This document shows, piece by piece, positions 46,555-56,932 of a DNA stretch of 64,000 nt; position 1 is the stretch's first letter, and every line of letters starts with the position of its first letter. The position numbers and the translations under genes were made by a program. The DNA is from an uncultured Bacilli bacterium (GTDB lineage Bacteria > Bacillota_I > Bacilli_A > RF39 > UBA660). Location of the stretch: NCBI GenBank assembly GCA_934153675.1, contig CAKPFG010000001.1, positions 155,947 through 219,946 of the forward strand. Direction: 5' to 3'. The notes below the pieces were generated by a model. It had not been told where the DNA came from, searched no databases, and saw only the letters and a program-made list of their open reading frames with translations.

Positions 46555-48315
46555 CTACTCAAGATTATCTAAAAAAGTTTTTAAATTTACACTTATTTGG
46601 TGAGGTAATATTAGATCTAATTTTTCAATACTTGTTTCTTTTAATTTATTAATTGTTTTATATTTTTTTAAAAGAGCATATTTTCTTTTTTCACCAATAC
46701 CAGAAATATTATCAAGTAAGCTTGAAAGACTTCCTTTACTTCTTATTTTTCTATGATAGTTAATAGTAAAATTATGAACTTCATCTTGCATACGTTCTAA
46801 CAAATAAAATAAATTACTTCTTTTATCTATATCTATTTCTTGTAATGGGTAAAATGCTAATAATTTGCTTGTAGCATGATTTTTATCCTTCTTTAACCCA
46901 ACAACTGGAATATTTAAATTAAGACTATTTATAACTTTTCTAGCTACATTAATTTGACCCACACCACCATCTACTATAATTAAATCTGGTCTTTCTAAAT
47001 TATCTTTTAATACTTTAAAATATCTTCTATATATTACTTCTTCCATTGTTTTATAATCATCGTTTTGATCAACACTAATTTTAAACTTACGATAATCATT
47101 TTTAGAAGGAACACCATTTTTAAAAACAACCATACCAGACACATTGTAATTTCCAAAAAGATGGGCATTGTCAAAAATATCAATTCTATCTAACACATCA
47201 AGTTTTAATAATTTTTTTAATTCAACAAACGATTCGATTGTTTTTTCTTCATCCTTTTTAATAAGTTCAAACTTTTCTTCTAGAGCTATTTTAGCATTAT
47301 TGCAGGCCATATTTACTATATTTAATTTTTCCCCTTTTTTAGGAATTTGAAAACGTAGTGAAAAGTAATTACTTAAAAGAGAAGAATCAACTATATCAGG
47401 CACCAATACCTCTTTAGGCTTTAAAGCTATTTTCAAATAAAAATTTATAATATATCTTGTAAAATCTTCATCAACCCCACCAACAAGAGAAAATATTTTA
47501 GCATGCCTTTCTATAATTTTAGAATTTCTAATAAAGAATACTTGAACACTTAAATAACCCTTATCTACATAATAACCAAAAACGTCACGATTTACATTAT
47601 CCTTTAACTCAACTTTTTGTTTTGTTAATGTTATATCAATATAATCAAGTATTTTTTTTAATTCCAAAGCTTTTTCGTAATTTAAATTATCAGATTCTAT
47701 CTTCATTTGATTATATATTTTTTCCTTTATAATACTAGCATCTCCATTTAAAAATTTAAGAATTTCTTTTTTCATAGCATCTATTTTATTTATATCTATA
47801 TTTTTCTTACAATAGCCAAGGCATTGACCGAGATGATAATAAAGACAAGGTTTTTTTTGATAATTATTACATTTTCTTAGAGGATATATCCTATTTAATA
47901 AATTAACAGTACTACGAGCAGCTGTAACATTTGGATAAGGACCATATAAATTTTTTTTAATCTTTTTTTTATGAATATTTCTTACAATTTTTAATTGAGG
48001 AACTATTTCATCAGTAAGTTCAATATATGGGTAGCTCTTATCATCTCTAAGTAAAATATTATATTTAGGATCATATTTTTTGATTAAGTTAATTTCAAGA
48101 ATCAATGATTCTATTTCACTAGATACAACAATATATTCAAAATCGGTTATTTCACTAACTAATTTAGCAGTTTTACCATAGTGTTTACCACGAAAATAAG
48201 AATTAACCCTATTTTTTAAATTTTTCGCTTTACCTACATAAATAATTACCCCCAATTTATTTTTCATTAAATAACACCCAGGGCTATTAGGTAGTAAAAG
48301 TAATTTATCATGCAT
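46555..48315 (-). CDS. uvrC: Excinuclease ABC subunit C
   Basis: N-terminal GIY-YIG (PGCYLMKNKLGVIIYVGKAKNLKNRVNSYF), UvrBC-interaction, RNaseH-like and C-terminal HhH domains. Confidence 0.9.
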   Translation of the reverse strand: MHDKLLLLPNSPGCYLMKNKLGVIIYVGKAKNLKNRVNSYFRGKHYGKTAKLVSEITDFEYIVVSSEIESLILEINLIKKYDPKYNILLRDDKSYPYIELTDEIVPQLKIVRNIHKKKIKKNLYGPYPNVTAARSTVNLLNRIYPLRKCNNYQKKPCLYYHLGQCLGYCKKNIDINKIDAMKKEILKFLNGDASIIKEKIYNQMKIESDNLNYEKALELKKILDYIDITLTKQKVELKDNVNRDVFGYYVDKGYLSVQVFFIRNSKIIERHAKIFSLVGGVDEDFTRYIINFYLKIALKPKEVLVPDIVDSSLLSNYFSLRFQIPKKGEKLNIVNMACNNAKIALEEKFELIKKDEEKTIESFVELKKLLKLDVLDRIDIFDNAHLFGNYNVSGMVVFKNGVPSKNDYRKFKISVDQNDDYKTMEEVIYRRYFKVLKDNLERPDLIIVDGGVGQINVARKVINSLNLNIPVVGLKKDKNHATSKLLAFYPLQEIDIDKRSNLFYLLERMQDEVHNFTINYHRKIRSKGSLSSLLDNISGIGEKRKYALLKKYKTINKLKETSIEKLDLILPHQISVNLKTFLDNLE

Positions 48316-48413
48316 ATTATCACCAGCTAAATTATAACATTTAATTTAAAATAACACAATTTGAATTTTCTTTTAATTTGTGTTATTATACGTACCTGAA
48401 AAGGGGGATATAT

Positions 48414-49451
48414 ATGAATTTGGAAAATTTAAATGGAGTACAATTATTTAATTTAATTATTAATAATAAATTACCATTAGAAAAATATATAAACAACAAA
48501 AAACAATTAATTGACCTGTTTATTAGAAATTTTAATTTATTTGATTATTATTCACTTTTGGTCTTAAAAGAAAATAATAATTTTAAAAAAGAAGTTAATG
48601 AATTATTTAGTTGTACTATTGATCATATTTTTAGTAACAAAAGTAAAATATTTTTATTTAAAATTTTTAAAGATTTACTAAATAAAAAAGTAAAAGAAGA
48701 AGATTTAATTAATTATATTTTCTTAAAATGCAAAGAAAAAGATACCATTAGTTCATCTGCTATTTTATTTGATTTATCAATATTTCAAGATTTTAATGAA
48801 GCGTTTAAAAAACTATATCCTGTATCACATTTAATAACCAAAGCATCTCAAAGATTCAATCCAGATATCATAGGTGCTGATATGTTTAAAGGAAGTTCTA
48901 TAATAGGAAAATTAATAAAAGATAATAATGAACAACTACTATTACCATATATAGATGATTATTTAAAACAAATAAATTATCAATTATCTAATTTTAAAAT
49001 GATAGGTGGAGGTGGTTCTAGTTTAGTATTTTTAGTTAACGATAAAATTTTAAAAATTGGTGAAACAAGAAATAATAGACTTGTTTATATAAATCATCGT
49101 ATTTTAATGTCAAAAATAAGAAAGTTAATAACAAGAGATGACGGTGAGGAAATATGTTATTTTGAAGTTATGAATAGAGCTATAACAGGTGATGTAACAG
49201 AAGAAGAAAGAGATGAACTTAAAAGGGATTTATTAAAACAAGGACTAAACTGGCATGATGATAAATTAGAAAATTGTGGTGTATTACAAGAGAATGATCA
49301 AAACGAACTACCAATAGGAAATAAACCAGATTGGGCAGCAGCTATTATAGATAATCCATACGAAAGAGAAAAATTTAATAAAAGGAAAAGACGTGTTGTT
49401 GTAATAGATAACGATTTTATAGATCCAAGTTATGGTAAATTATATAAATAA
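48414..49451 (+). CDS. Atypical protein-kinase-like fold protein (CotH/spore-kinase-like?) with uncharacterised N-terminal domain
   Basis: C-terminal half has G-loop IGGGGSSLVF, ILKIG lysine, catalytic-loop-like WHDDKLENCGVL and VVVIDNDFIDP (DFG-like); start MNLENLNG after AAGGGGGAT RBS. Confidence 0.4.
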   Translation: MNLENLNGVQLFNLIINNKLPLEKYINNKKQLIDLFIRNFNLFDYYSLLVLKENNNFKKEVNELFSCTIDHIFSNKSKIFLFKIFKDLLNKKVKEEDLINYIFLKCKEKDTISSSAILFDLSIFQDFNEAFKKLYPVSHLITKASQRFNPDIIGADMFKGSSIIGKLIKDNNEQLLLPYIDDYLKQINYQLSNFKMIGGGGSSLVFLVNDKILKIGETRNNRLVYINHRILMSKIRKLITRDDGEEICYFEVMNRAITGDVTEEERDELKRDLLKQGLNWHDDKLENCGVLQENDQNELPIGNKPDWAAAIIDNPYEREKFNKRKRRVVVIDNDFIDPSYGKLYK

Positions 49452-49452
49452 A

Positions 49453-49481
49453 AATACTCTCAAAATTTGAGAGTATTTTTA
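49453..49481. terminator. Bidirectional intrinsic terminator between convergent genes
   Basis: A-run TACTCTCA-aaatt-TGAGAGTA T-run. Confidence 0.55.
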
Positions 49482-49673
49482 ACTGTTTTAATATATTTTT
49501 TAAATAACTAACATTATTATTACTGAATATCCATAAGCATGCAAATACCACACATAAAAATTAGAATTTTCAGACTTTCTCATTGTCCAACATCAAGAAT
49601 TTTAGTTATATATCCATTTTTTCTCTATTACTTGATGGCACAACGGTTTCGTTTATTTTTTCATATCTTATAA

Positions 49674-51251
49674 TTAATTATTTTTTTTATATTTCAACAT
49701 GATTTTTTCTGCACATTTAAGACCATCTAAAGCAGAGGATGTAATACCTCCTGCATACCCAGCTCCTTCTCCTATTGGATAAAGTCCTTCAATAGCTTCC
49801 ATATCAAAATTTCTAACAATTCTTATAGGGGATGATGTCCTAGTTTCAACAGCAGAAATAATAGCTGATTTACTAAAACCATTTATTTTTCTACTAAAAT
49901 AATCTATCCCTTCTTTTAAAGCATCTGTTATATAATTTGGTAAAATCCTATTTATATCATAAAATTCATAATCACCTTTCATTACAGGCTTTACATCTTT
50001 AAAATTTGAAGATTTTTGACCTCTTTTAAAATCTTCATATAATTGAACTGGTATTTTTCCTTTACAACAATTATAAGCAATATTTTCTATTTTCTCTTGA
50101 AATTTCAAACCATCTAAAGGATTTTTACCATAATCTTTATCATTTACAGTAACTACTATAGCACTATTAGCATTAGCACTTTCCCTTTTATAATTACTCA
50201 TACCATTAATAACAAGTTTTTCATGTTCACTTGAGGCATTAACAACATAACCACCAGGACACATACAAAAAGTATAAACGCCTCGATTATTAGACGATTT
50301 ATAAGTTAATTTATAACTAGCTGTTAATATATCTCCCCCATATTGACTTTTATTTATTAATTTTTGGCTTTGTTGGATACGAACACCTATTGCAAATGGT
50401 TTTGATTTTATTTCTATATTTTTACAAGATAACATTCTAAAAGTATCCCTAGCACTGTTGCCTATTGCAAGTACTAATAAATTGGTCTTTACTACTTTAC
50501 CATTACTAAGTTTAATACTATTTACTTTATCAGATATATTTATATCAATTAATTTGGTATTATAAATAAATTCTCCACCATTAGCAATTATTTTTTTTCT
50601 TAAATTTATAATAACATCCCTTAGTATATCTGTTCCAATATGTGGTTTATTATCATACATTATATCCTCATTCGCACCACATTCTACAAACGTCTTTAAA
50701 ATAAATTTGATTCTATTGTTTTTATCTTTAACTAAAGTATTTAACTTACCATCAGAAAAAGTTCCTGCTCCCCCTTCACCAAATTGAACATTAGATTCTA
50801 AATTTAATTTTCCACCATTAAAAAAACAATTTACATCCTTTACCCTATTTTCTACTTTATCTCCTCTTTCAATGATAGTTGTTTTATAGCCATTTAAAGA
50901 TAATAAATAAGCACAAAACAAACCAGCAGGTCCACTACCTATAATTATAATTTTATTTTCTATTTTCTTATTACCACTAACTTGATACTTATAATCTATT
51001 GGAGGTGCTTTCATTATATCTTTATCTTTTATTTTACTCAACACTTTATCCTCATCATATACTGATACTAAAACTTCATATATGTAGTATAACTTAGGCT
51101 TATATCTAGCATCAATACTTCTTTTATTAATAATTATTTTATTAATAAAAGAAGCATTAATTAATAATCTTTCACTTACTTTTTCTTTTAATTGATTGCT
51201 GTTAATAGGAATTTTTATTTGTCTAATTAATATCATAATTTTCACCTGCAA
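49674..51251 (-). CDS. FAD-dependent protein, COG2509 family (NAD(FAD)-utilising dehydrogenase-like)
   Basis: IIIGSGPAGLFCAYLL dinucleotide motif plus FAD-dependent C-terminal domain; true start probably MILIRQIKIP. Confidence 0.65.
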   Translation of the reverse strand: MQVKIMILIRQIKIPINSNQLKEKVSERLLINASFINKIIINKRSIDARYKPKLYYIYEVLVSVYDEDKVLSKIKDKDIMKAPPIDYKYQVSGNKKIENKIIIIGSGPAGLFCAYLLSLNGYKTTIIERGDKVENRVKDVNCFFNGGKLNLESNVQFGEGGAGTFSDGKLNTLVKDKNNRIKFILKTFVECGANEDIMYDNKPHIGTDILRDVIINLRKKIIANGGEFIYNTKLIDINISDKVNSIKLSNGKVVKTNLLVLAIGNSARDTFRMLSCKNIEIKSKPFAIGVRIQQSQKLINKSQYGGDILTASYKLTYKSSNNRGVYTFCMCPGGYVVNASSEHEKLVINGMSNYKRESANANSAIVVTVNDKDYGKNPLDGLKFQEKIENIAYNCCKGKIPVQLYEDFKRGQKSSNFKDVKPVMKGDYEFYDINRILPNYITDALKEGIDYFSRKINGFSKSAIISAVETRTSSPIRIVRNFDMEAIEGLYPIGEGAGYAGGITSSALDGLKCAEKIMLKYKKNN

Positions 51252-52428
51252 TCAATCCTGAGATAAAAGCAAATCCTAAGTTATAGCCACCACAAACACC
51301 ATCACAGTCAAGTAATTCCCCGGCTATATACAAATTTTTATTATATTTAGATTCTAAGGTATTTATATTAACTTCACTAAGTGAAATGCCACCAGTACAA
51401 ACTTGAGCATCATCATAACCTTTAGTATTTATTATTTTAAGTGGGAAACTTGTAACTAATCTTTCTAATTTGTTCTTTCTTTTTAAATCAATTGAATCCC
51501 ATTTTTCTTCATTATTAATATCAGATAAATTTAAAAATAAATTGACTAAATTATAATTAATAAGTTGATCCATAAGTTCACTAACAGATCTATTTTTTAC
51601 AATGTCATTACGATTATTCATATAACTTATAAAATTATTTATATTAGGTAAAAAATTAATTACAATGACCTCTTTTTTATGATTATATAATCCGCGAGCA
51701 ACCACTCCACTTAATTGAAATACACAAATACCACTTATTCCATAACTTGTAAGTTGAATTTCGCCAGAACTTTCTATAATCAATTTTTCATCTTCATATA
51801 ATTTTAAATTAACATCACACCTAATACCTTTCCATTTATTAAAATAAGATTCATCCCCAACTAATTTTACTAAAGCTGGTAACGGTTTTATTATATTATG
51901 ACCTAATTTTTTTAAAAATTTATATCCATCACCTGTTGATCCTGTTTTTCCACAAGCTAAAGAACCAGTCGCAAGGATTACTTTATCGCAAGAAAATTCT
52001 CCCATATTTGTTTTTATAATATATTTATCTTTCTTGATAATATCCAATACATTACAATTTGTAATAATATTTACCCCTCTTATTTTGGCTTCTTTAACTA
52101 AAGCTTCTTTTACACTAATTGCTTGACTTGATGATGGATAATAATATCCATTCCTTATTTTGGGAACGATTCCTATTTTATCTAATAATGATAAGACTTT
52201 TTCTTGATTTTTCAATGTTATAATATGCTTTAAAAGATTCATATTTTGACTATTAAAATAATCAATTTTAAAATCACTATTCCAATAATTACATTTACCA
52301 TTTCCTGTAATTAATAATTTTTTCCCACATTTATTATTCTTTTCAAGCAAAATAACTTCATTTTTGGTTGCTGAAGTAATGCTTGCAACAAGGCCTGATG
52401 CACCACCACCAATAACTATTACTTTCAT
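51223..52428 (-). CDS. HI0933-like / aminoacetone-oxidase family FAD-binding protein (COG2081)
   Basis: MKVIVIGGGASGLVASI Rossmann motif and HI0933 family length/pattern. Confidence 0.7.
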   Translation of the reverse strand: MKVIVIGGGASGLVASITSATKNEVILLEKNNKCGKKLLITGNGKCNYWNSDFKIDYFNSQNMNLLKHIITLKNQEKVLSLLDKIGIVPKIRNGYYYPSSSQAISVKEALVKEAKIRGVNIITNCNVLDIIKKDKYIIKTNMGEFSCDKVILATGSLACGKTGSTGDGYKFLKKLGHNIIKPLPALVKLVGDESYFNKWKGIRCDVNLKLYEDEKLIIESSGEIQLTSYGISGICVFQLSGVVARGLYNHKKEVIVINFLPNINNFISYMNNRNDIVKNRSVSELMDQLINYNLVNLFLNLSDINNEEKWDSIDLKRKNKLERLVTSFPLKIINTKGYDDAQVCTGGISLSEVNINTLESKYNKNLYIAGELLDCDGVCGGYNLGFAFISGLIAGENYDIN

Positions 52429-52477
52429 AATTCCTCCAAATTATTATTTTAAAAAAATTATCAGTAACTTGATAATT

Positions 52478-53848
52478 TTAAAATTTAATTTTCTCCATTA
52501 TATAATCTACTAATTCTTCTAATTTAACTATCTCTTGTTTCATTGTATCTCTATATCTTACAGTTACAGTATTAGAATTTAATGTATCATCATCTACTGT
52601 AATACAAAATGGTGTACCAATTACATCAGCACGACGATATCTTTTTCCAATTGATGCTGTTTCATCATAATCTGTCATAAAATGTTTTGATAAAAGATTA
52701 AATACTTCATCAGCTTTCTTTCCATGTATTTTTTTAACGAGTGGTAAAACTGTTGCTTTATATGGAGCAAGAGCAGGATGTATTTTTAAAACATCTCTTT
52801 TTTTACCATCTTCTAAAATTTCTTCAGTTAAAGCATCACATATAACAGCTAAAAATAATCTATCAACACCTACTGAAGGCTCTATTACATAAGGCACATA
52901 TTTTTCATTTGTTAAAGGATCTAAATATCTTAAATCTTCATTGGAATGAGATATATGCGTTGACAAATCATAATCAGTACGATCAGCAATCCCCCATAAT
53001 TCACCAAACCCCATAGGATATTTATATTCTATATCTGTTGTTGCATTACTATAAAAACTAAGTTCTTCTTTTTTATGATCTCTATAACGCAAGTTATTAG
53101 GATTAATACCGATATCAATTAAAAACTGATAACAATATTCTTTAAAATACTTATGATATTCTAAATCAGTTCCAGGTTTACAGAAAAATTCCAATTCCAT
53201 TTGCTCAAACTCACGCATACGAAATATAAAATTCCCCGGCGTTATTTCATTACGAAATGACTTTCCAATTTGGGCTATTCCAAATGGTATTTTAGCACGA
53301 CAACTACGTTCAACGTTTTTAAAATTAACAAATATTCCTTGGGCTGTTTCCCCTCTTAAATATACTTTACTTTTATTATTAGAAACAACGCCCATATTAG
53401 TTTCAAACAATAAATTAAATTGGCGAATACCTGTAAAATCTACACTACCACATTTTGGGCAACATATATTATTATCCTTAATATATTGTTCTAATTTTTC
53501 ATTTTCCCATCCATCACCAGTTTCTTTTCCATTTGTAAAATCTTCTATTAATTTATCTGCGCGATATCTAGATTTACAATTTTTACAATCAAGAAGAGGA
53601 TCTGAAAAACTATTTACATGTCCTGATGCTTCCCATACCTTAGGATTCATAATAATAGCAGTATCAAGTCCATAAATATTTTTATGTTCCTGTACCATCC
53701 TTTTATGCCATAATGCTTTAATATTCTCTTTAAGTTCTCTACCTAAAGGGCCACAATCAAAACTATTTGCAAGACCTCCATAAATTTCACTACCCTTATA
53801 CATATATCCATATTGTTTACAATAATTAGCAATATCTTCTATACTTTT
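52478..53848 (-). CDS. glyQS: Glycine--tRNA ligase (alpha2 GlyQS type)
   Basis: MKSIEDIANYCKQYGYMYKGSEIYGGLANSFDCGPLG class II motifs; start at MKSIED after AGGAGGAAT RBS rather than the ORF-track start. Confidence 0.9.
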   Translation of the reverse strand, partial: KSIEDIANYCKQYGYMYKGSEIYGGLANSFDCGPLGRELKENIKALWHKRMVQEHKNIYGLDTAIIMNPKVWEASGHVNSFSDPLLDCKNCKSRYRADKLIEDFTNGKETGDGWENEKLEQYIKDNNICCPKCGSVDFTGIRQFNLLFETNMGVVSNNKSKVYLRGETAQGIFVNFKNVERSCRAKIPFGIAQIGKSFRNEITPGNFIFRMREFEQMELEFFCKPGTDLEYHKYFKEYCYQFLIDIGINPNNLRYRDHKKEELSFYSNATTDIEYKYPMGFGELWGIADRTDYDLSTHISHSNEDLRYLDPLTNEKYVPYVIEPSVGVDRLFLAVICDALTEEILEDGKKRDVLKIHPALAPYKATVLPLVKKIHGKKADEVFNLLSKHFMTDYDETASIGKRYRRADVIGTPFCITVDDDTLNSNTVTVRYRDTMKQEIVKLEELVDYIMEKIKF

Positions 53849-53999
53849 CATTTGATTCCTCCTATTTAAATAAAAAAAGTCCAAAATGTAAGAGTGAGAT
53901 CCACGCTTTTTCACCTTACTTTGAACTATTAACTATACTCAAAAATTTCAACCTCGTCATCACTTTACAAAAATATTATATTATATTTTTTTTAATAAT

Positions 54000-54716
54000 T
54001 CAAGACTTTAAATACATATCCTTAAAAAAAACTTTTTGTCTTAAAAAAAGCCCCGTATATTTATCATAATAATCATCTAAAAATTTGTTTATAAAAAGAA
54101 GATATGAATTATCAAGGTTTATACTTTCCAATTTATCTAATTCTATATTTTTATATATTTTAATCAATTTCAATATTTTTTTATCCATTTTTATATTGGA
54201 ACAATTACTACACAAGAATCCTGAATAATCTAACGACAAACAGGTAATATTGGAATTATTACATAAAGCACAACTTTCTAAATTTAATTTCAATCCCAAA
54301 TAAGGTAAAAGTTTTACTTCTATTATATTTACTATAGCTAAGGGATTTATATTATCATTTATTTTATTTAAACTAGATAACAAAAATGAATACAATTCTT
54401 TGCTTTTATTTTGTTTAAAAACCTGTGTAATTAATGATACTATATAACTGCTAGCACTTAATTTAACTATATCTTTTAATATATTCTTATAATTCTTTTT
54501 TTCACTAGCACTTTTTAAAATTGATAAATCATGTTCATATATTAAAAAAGATCCATATGTTAAATACGTTGTTGCTGTAAAATTTTTATTAGTTATTTTC
54601 TTACTTCCCTTAGCAAGAACATTTATAATTCCATCACAAGTAAATATCTTAATAATTTTACTTGTTTCTTTATATGAAATTTCTCCTACTACAATACCTT
54701 CTATTTTTTTAATCAT
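54000..54716 (-). CDS. recO: DNA repair protein RecO
   Basis: N-terminal OB-fold IEGIVVGEISYKETSKII, C-terminal Cys4 zinc motif CALCNNS...CSNCS; upstream of glyQS as in Bacillus. Confidence 0.65.
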   Translation of the reverse strand: MIKKIEGIVVGEISYKETSKIIKIFTCDGIINVLAKGSKKITNKNFTATTYLTYGSFLIYEHDLSILKSASEKKNYKNILKDIVKLSASSYIVSLITQVFKQNKSKELYSFLLSSLNKINDNINPLAIVNIIEVKLLPYLGLKLNLESCALCNNSNITCLSLDYSGFLCSNCSNIKMDKKILKLIKIYKNIELDKLESINLDNSYLLFINKFLDDYYDKYTGLFLRQKVFFKDMYLKS

Positions 54717-54957
54717 AATCTTCAACCAATTTAAAACGATATTCTTGGGTTTCGTTAGGATATAGATCTTTATCAACTTTTTCACAAAACATTTCAATTG
54801 GCCTAGTCCAAATACGGTGTTTACCATCTAATTCTTCATATACAACAATTTCTTTTAAAGATTCACCTTTGGGGGTTGTTGAATCATTTGCTATAAATAA
54901 AACACGATAATATTTACCAGAAAAATGTCTATAAACTTTTCCTATTATTACTTCCAT
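54709..54957 (-). CDS. DUF1653 small protein (between era and recO)
   Basis: GKYYRVLFIAND...VVYEELDGKHRIWTRPIEMFCEKV matches the DUF1653 pattern. Confidence 0.55.
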   Translation of the reverse strand: MEVIIGKVYRHFSGKYYRVLFIANDSTTPKGESLKEIVVYEELDGKHRIWTRPIEMFCEKVDKDLYPNETQEYRFKLVEDYD

Positions 54958-55077
54958 CCATCTTCCTCATTTCAACAAACTTCATATAATATTCAATTTT
55001 ACCAGTATTTTTAAATAATAACCAATATAATTCTTTCATTTTATCACCTATTTTATTATGTAAAATAGTAATAATTT

Positions 55078-55962
55078 TTATTCTTTGAAATCGGTAAATC
55101 CATATTCACTTAAATATTTTTCTCTATCTCGCCACTTTTTTACTGTTTTTACAAACAATTCCAAATAAATTTTTTTATTTAACAAAGACTCTATTTCTAT
55201 ACGTGCACTGGTACCTATTTTTTTTATTTTATCTCCCTTAGAACCTATCACAATTTTCTTTAAGGAAGTTCTATCTACTATAATGCTTACAACAATATTA
55301 TAAGCATTATTATTACGAATAATACTTTCTGTTTTACAAGTTATACTATGTGGAACTTCTTCTTTGGTTTGATTAAATACTTTTTCTCTTACTATTTCTG
55401 CAATTTGAAACTCAATTGATTTATCGACTATATCATTTTTACCATAATATAAAATATTATCAGGTAAATATTTTTCTAAAACATTAATAAGTTCTTTTAT
55501 ATTATTCTTTTTTAAAGCCGATATAGGAACAATATCCTTAAAATTGTAAATATTGTTATAGAGGCTTATCAATTTAATAAGCATTTCTTTACTTATTGCA
55601 TCTATTTTATTTATAACTAGTATAACATCTTTTTTTGTTTTCTTTATTTCTTCTAAAATAAATCTATCTCCAGCCCCCAAACCACTAGTATCAACAACAA
55701 ACATAATAAAGTCAGCATCATTTATACTATAATAGGCTTGACTATTTAATGTTTTACCTAATTTAGAATTAGGTTTATGAATTCCAGGTGTATCAACAAA
55801 TATAATTTGTGTATCATCTTTATTATAAATGCCACGAATTATATTACGTGTAGTTTGAGGTTTATTTGATGTAATAGCCACTTTTTTCCCTATAATACTA
55901 TTAATTAAAGTAGATTTACCTACATTAGGCCTACCAACAACTGCAACAAAACCACTTTTCAT
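55078..55962 (-). CDS. era: GTPase Era
   Basis: G1 GRPNVGKST, G3 DTPG, G4 NKID, C-terminal KH domain. Confidence 0.9.
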   Translation of the reverse strand: MKSGFVAVVGRPNVGKSTLINSIIGKKVAITSNKPQTTRNIIRGIYNKDDTQIIFVDTPGIHKPNSKLGKTLNSQAYYSINDADFIMFVVDTSGLGAGDRFILEEIKKTKKDVILVINKIDAISKEMLIKLISLYNNIYNFKDIVPISALKKNNIKELINVLEKYLPDNILYYGKNDIVDKSIEFQIAEIVREKVFNQTKEEVPHSITCKTESIIRNNNAYNIVVSIIVDRTSLKKIVIGSKGDKIKKIGTSARIEIESLLNKKIYLELFVKTVKKWRDREKYLSEYGFTDFKE

Positions 55963-55963
55963 A

Positions 55964-56416
55964 CTACCTCCTAATATCTAAATTATTAAGTATTTCGTCT
56001 TGTTTTTTAAACATTACTTTTTCATCTTCTTCTACCATATGATCATAACCTAGCAAATGCAAAATACCATGGGTTGTTAAAAATGATAATTCTCTTTTTA
56101 ATGAATGTTTATAATAATCAGCTTGAGATTTTGCTTTATCTATTGATATATATATATCACCAAGTACTCTAATAGGAAGCTTTATAAATGTATCATCATC
56201 TTCCAAGGCAAAAGAAATAACATCAGTAGCAGAATCTTTGCCTCTATACTCTAAATTAATTTTATGTATTAAATCATTGTTCACAATAATAATATTAACG
56301 ATAGCATTTTCTACATTTTCATATTCTAAGGCATATTTTGCCACCATGTGCAATAAATTGCAATCAACTTTTTCTAATGTTTTATTAGTTATATTTATTT
56401 CATTCATATCAATCAC
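55964..56416 (-). CDS. ybeY: Endoribonuclease YbeY
   Basis: HGILHLLGYDH zinc-binding motif. Confidence 0.85.
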   Translation of the reverse strand: MIDMNEINITNKTLEKVDCNLLHMVAKYALEYENVENAIVNIIIVNNDLIHKINLEYRGKDSATDVISFALEDDDTFIKLPIRVLGDIYISIDKAKSQADYYKHSLKRELSFLTTHGILHLLGYDHMVEEDEKVMFKKQDEILNNLDIRR

Positions 56417-56455
56417 ATTATAATTATATAATATTTTCTTAAATGATTCAACTTT

Positions 56456-56932
56456 TTATCTTGATTTATATAATAAATATCCTACTAAAGAACCGATAAC
56501 ATTCAAAATAATATCGTCTATATCAAATACTCTCCCTATTAATAACTGAAATGTTTCTATTAAACTAGAGTAAATAATAGTAACTATTAAAATAAAAAAA
56601 CATTTTGCCTTATAAAAGTATGCCAAAAATAAACCAAATGGTATAAAAAGTAATATATTTCCTATTACATTTTTAAAAAATAAATTACTACCTATTTTAT
56701 ATCTAGTAATCTCTTTAAATAATTTCATATTATTATCATTATAATTTAATATTTGCGTTGTAACTATATTAAATAAAATTAATAAATAAATAATAAAAAG
56801 GATTATTATAAATTCTTGTTTTATATTTATTTTTTGTTTAAGTTTTATTCTGTTTGTAATAATAAATAAGATATAACTTATAACTGATAAAACAATTAAT
56901 TTGTAAGAATTAATTAGTATTGTTTGGCTCAT
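56456..56932 (-). CDS. VanZ-like family membrane protein
   Basis: GNILLFIPFGLFLAYF and C-terminal NVIGSLVGYLLY typical of VanZ-like proteins. Confidence 0.5.
   Translation of the reverse strand: MSQTILINSYKLIVLSVISYILFIITNRIKLKQKINIKQEFIIILFIIYLLILFNIVTTQILNYNDNNMKLFKEITRYKIGSNLFFKNVIGNILLFIPFGLFLAYFYKAKCFFILIVTIIYSSLIETFQLLIGRVFDIDDIILNVIGSLVGYLLYKSR

Noticed and set aside
53849-53999. T-box riboswitch upstream of glyQS, as in B. subtilis
   Set aside because: Leader is only ~150 nt. No convincing T-box box (AGGGUGGNACCGCG) or specifier loop with GGC could be identified, only a weak GGUGAAAAAGCG.
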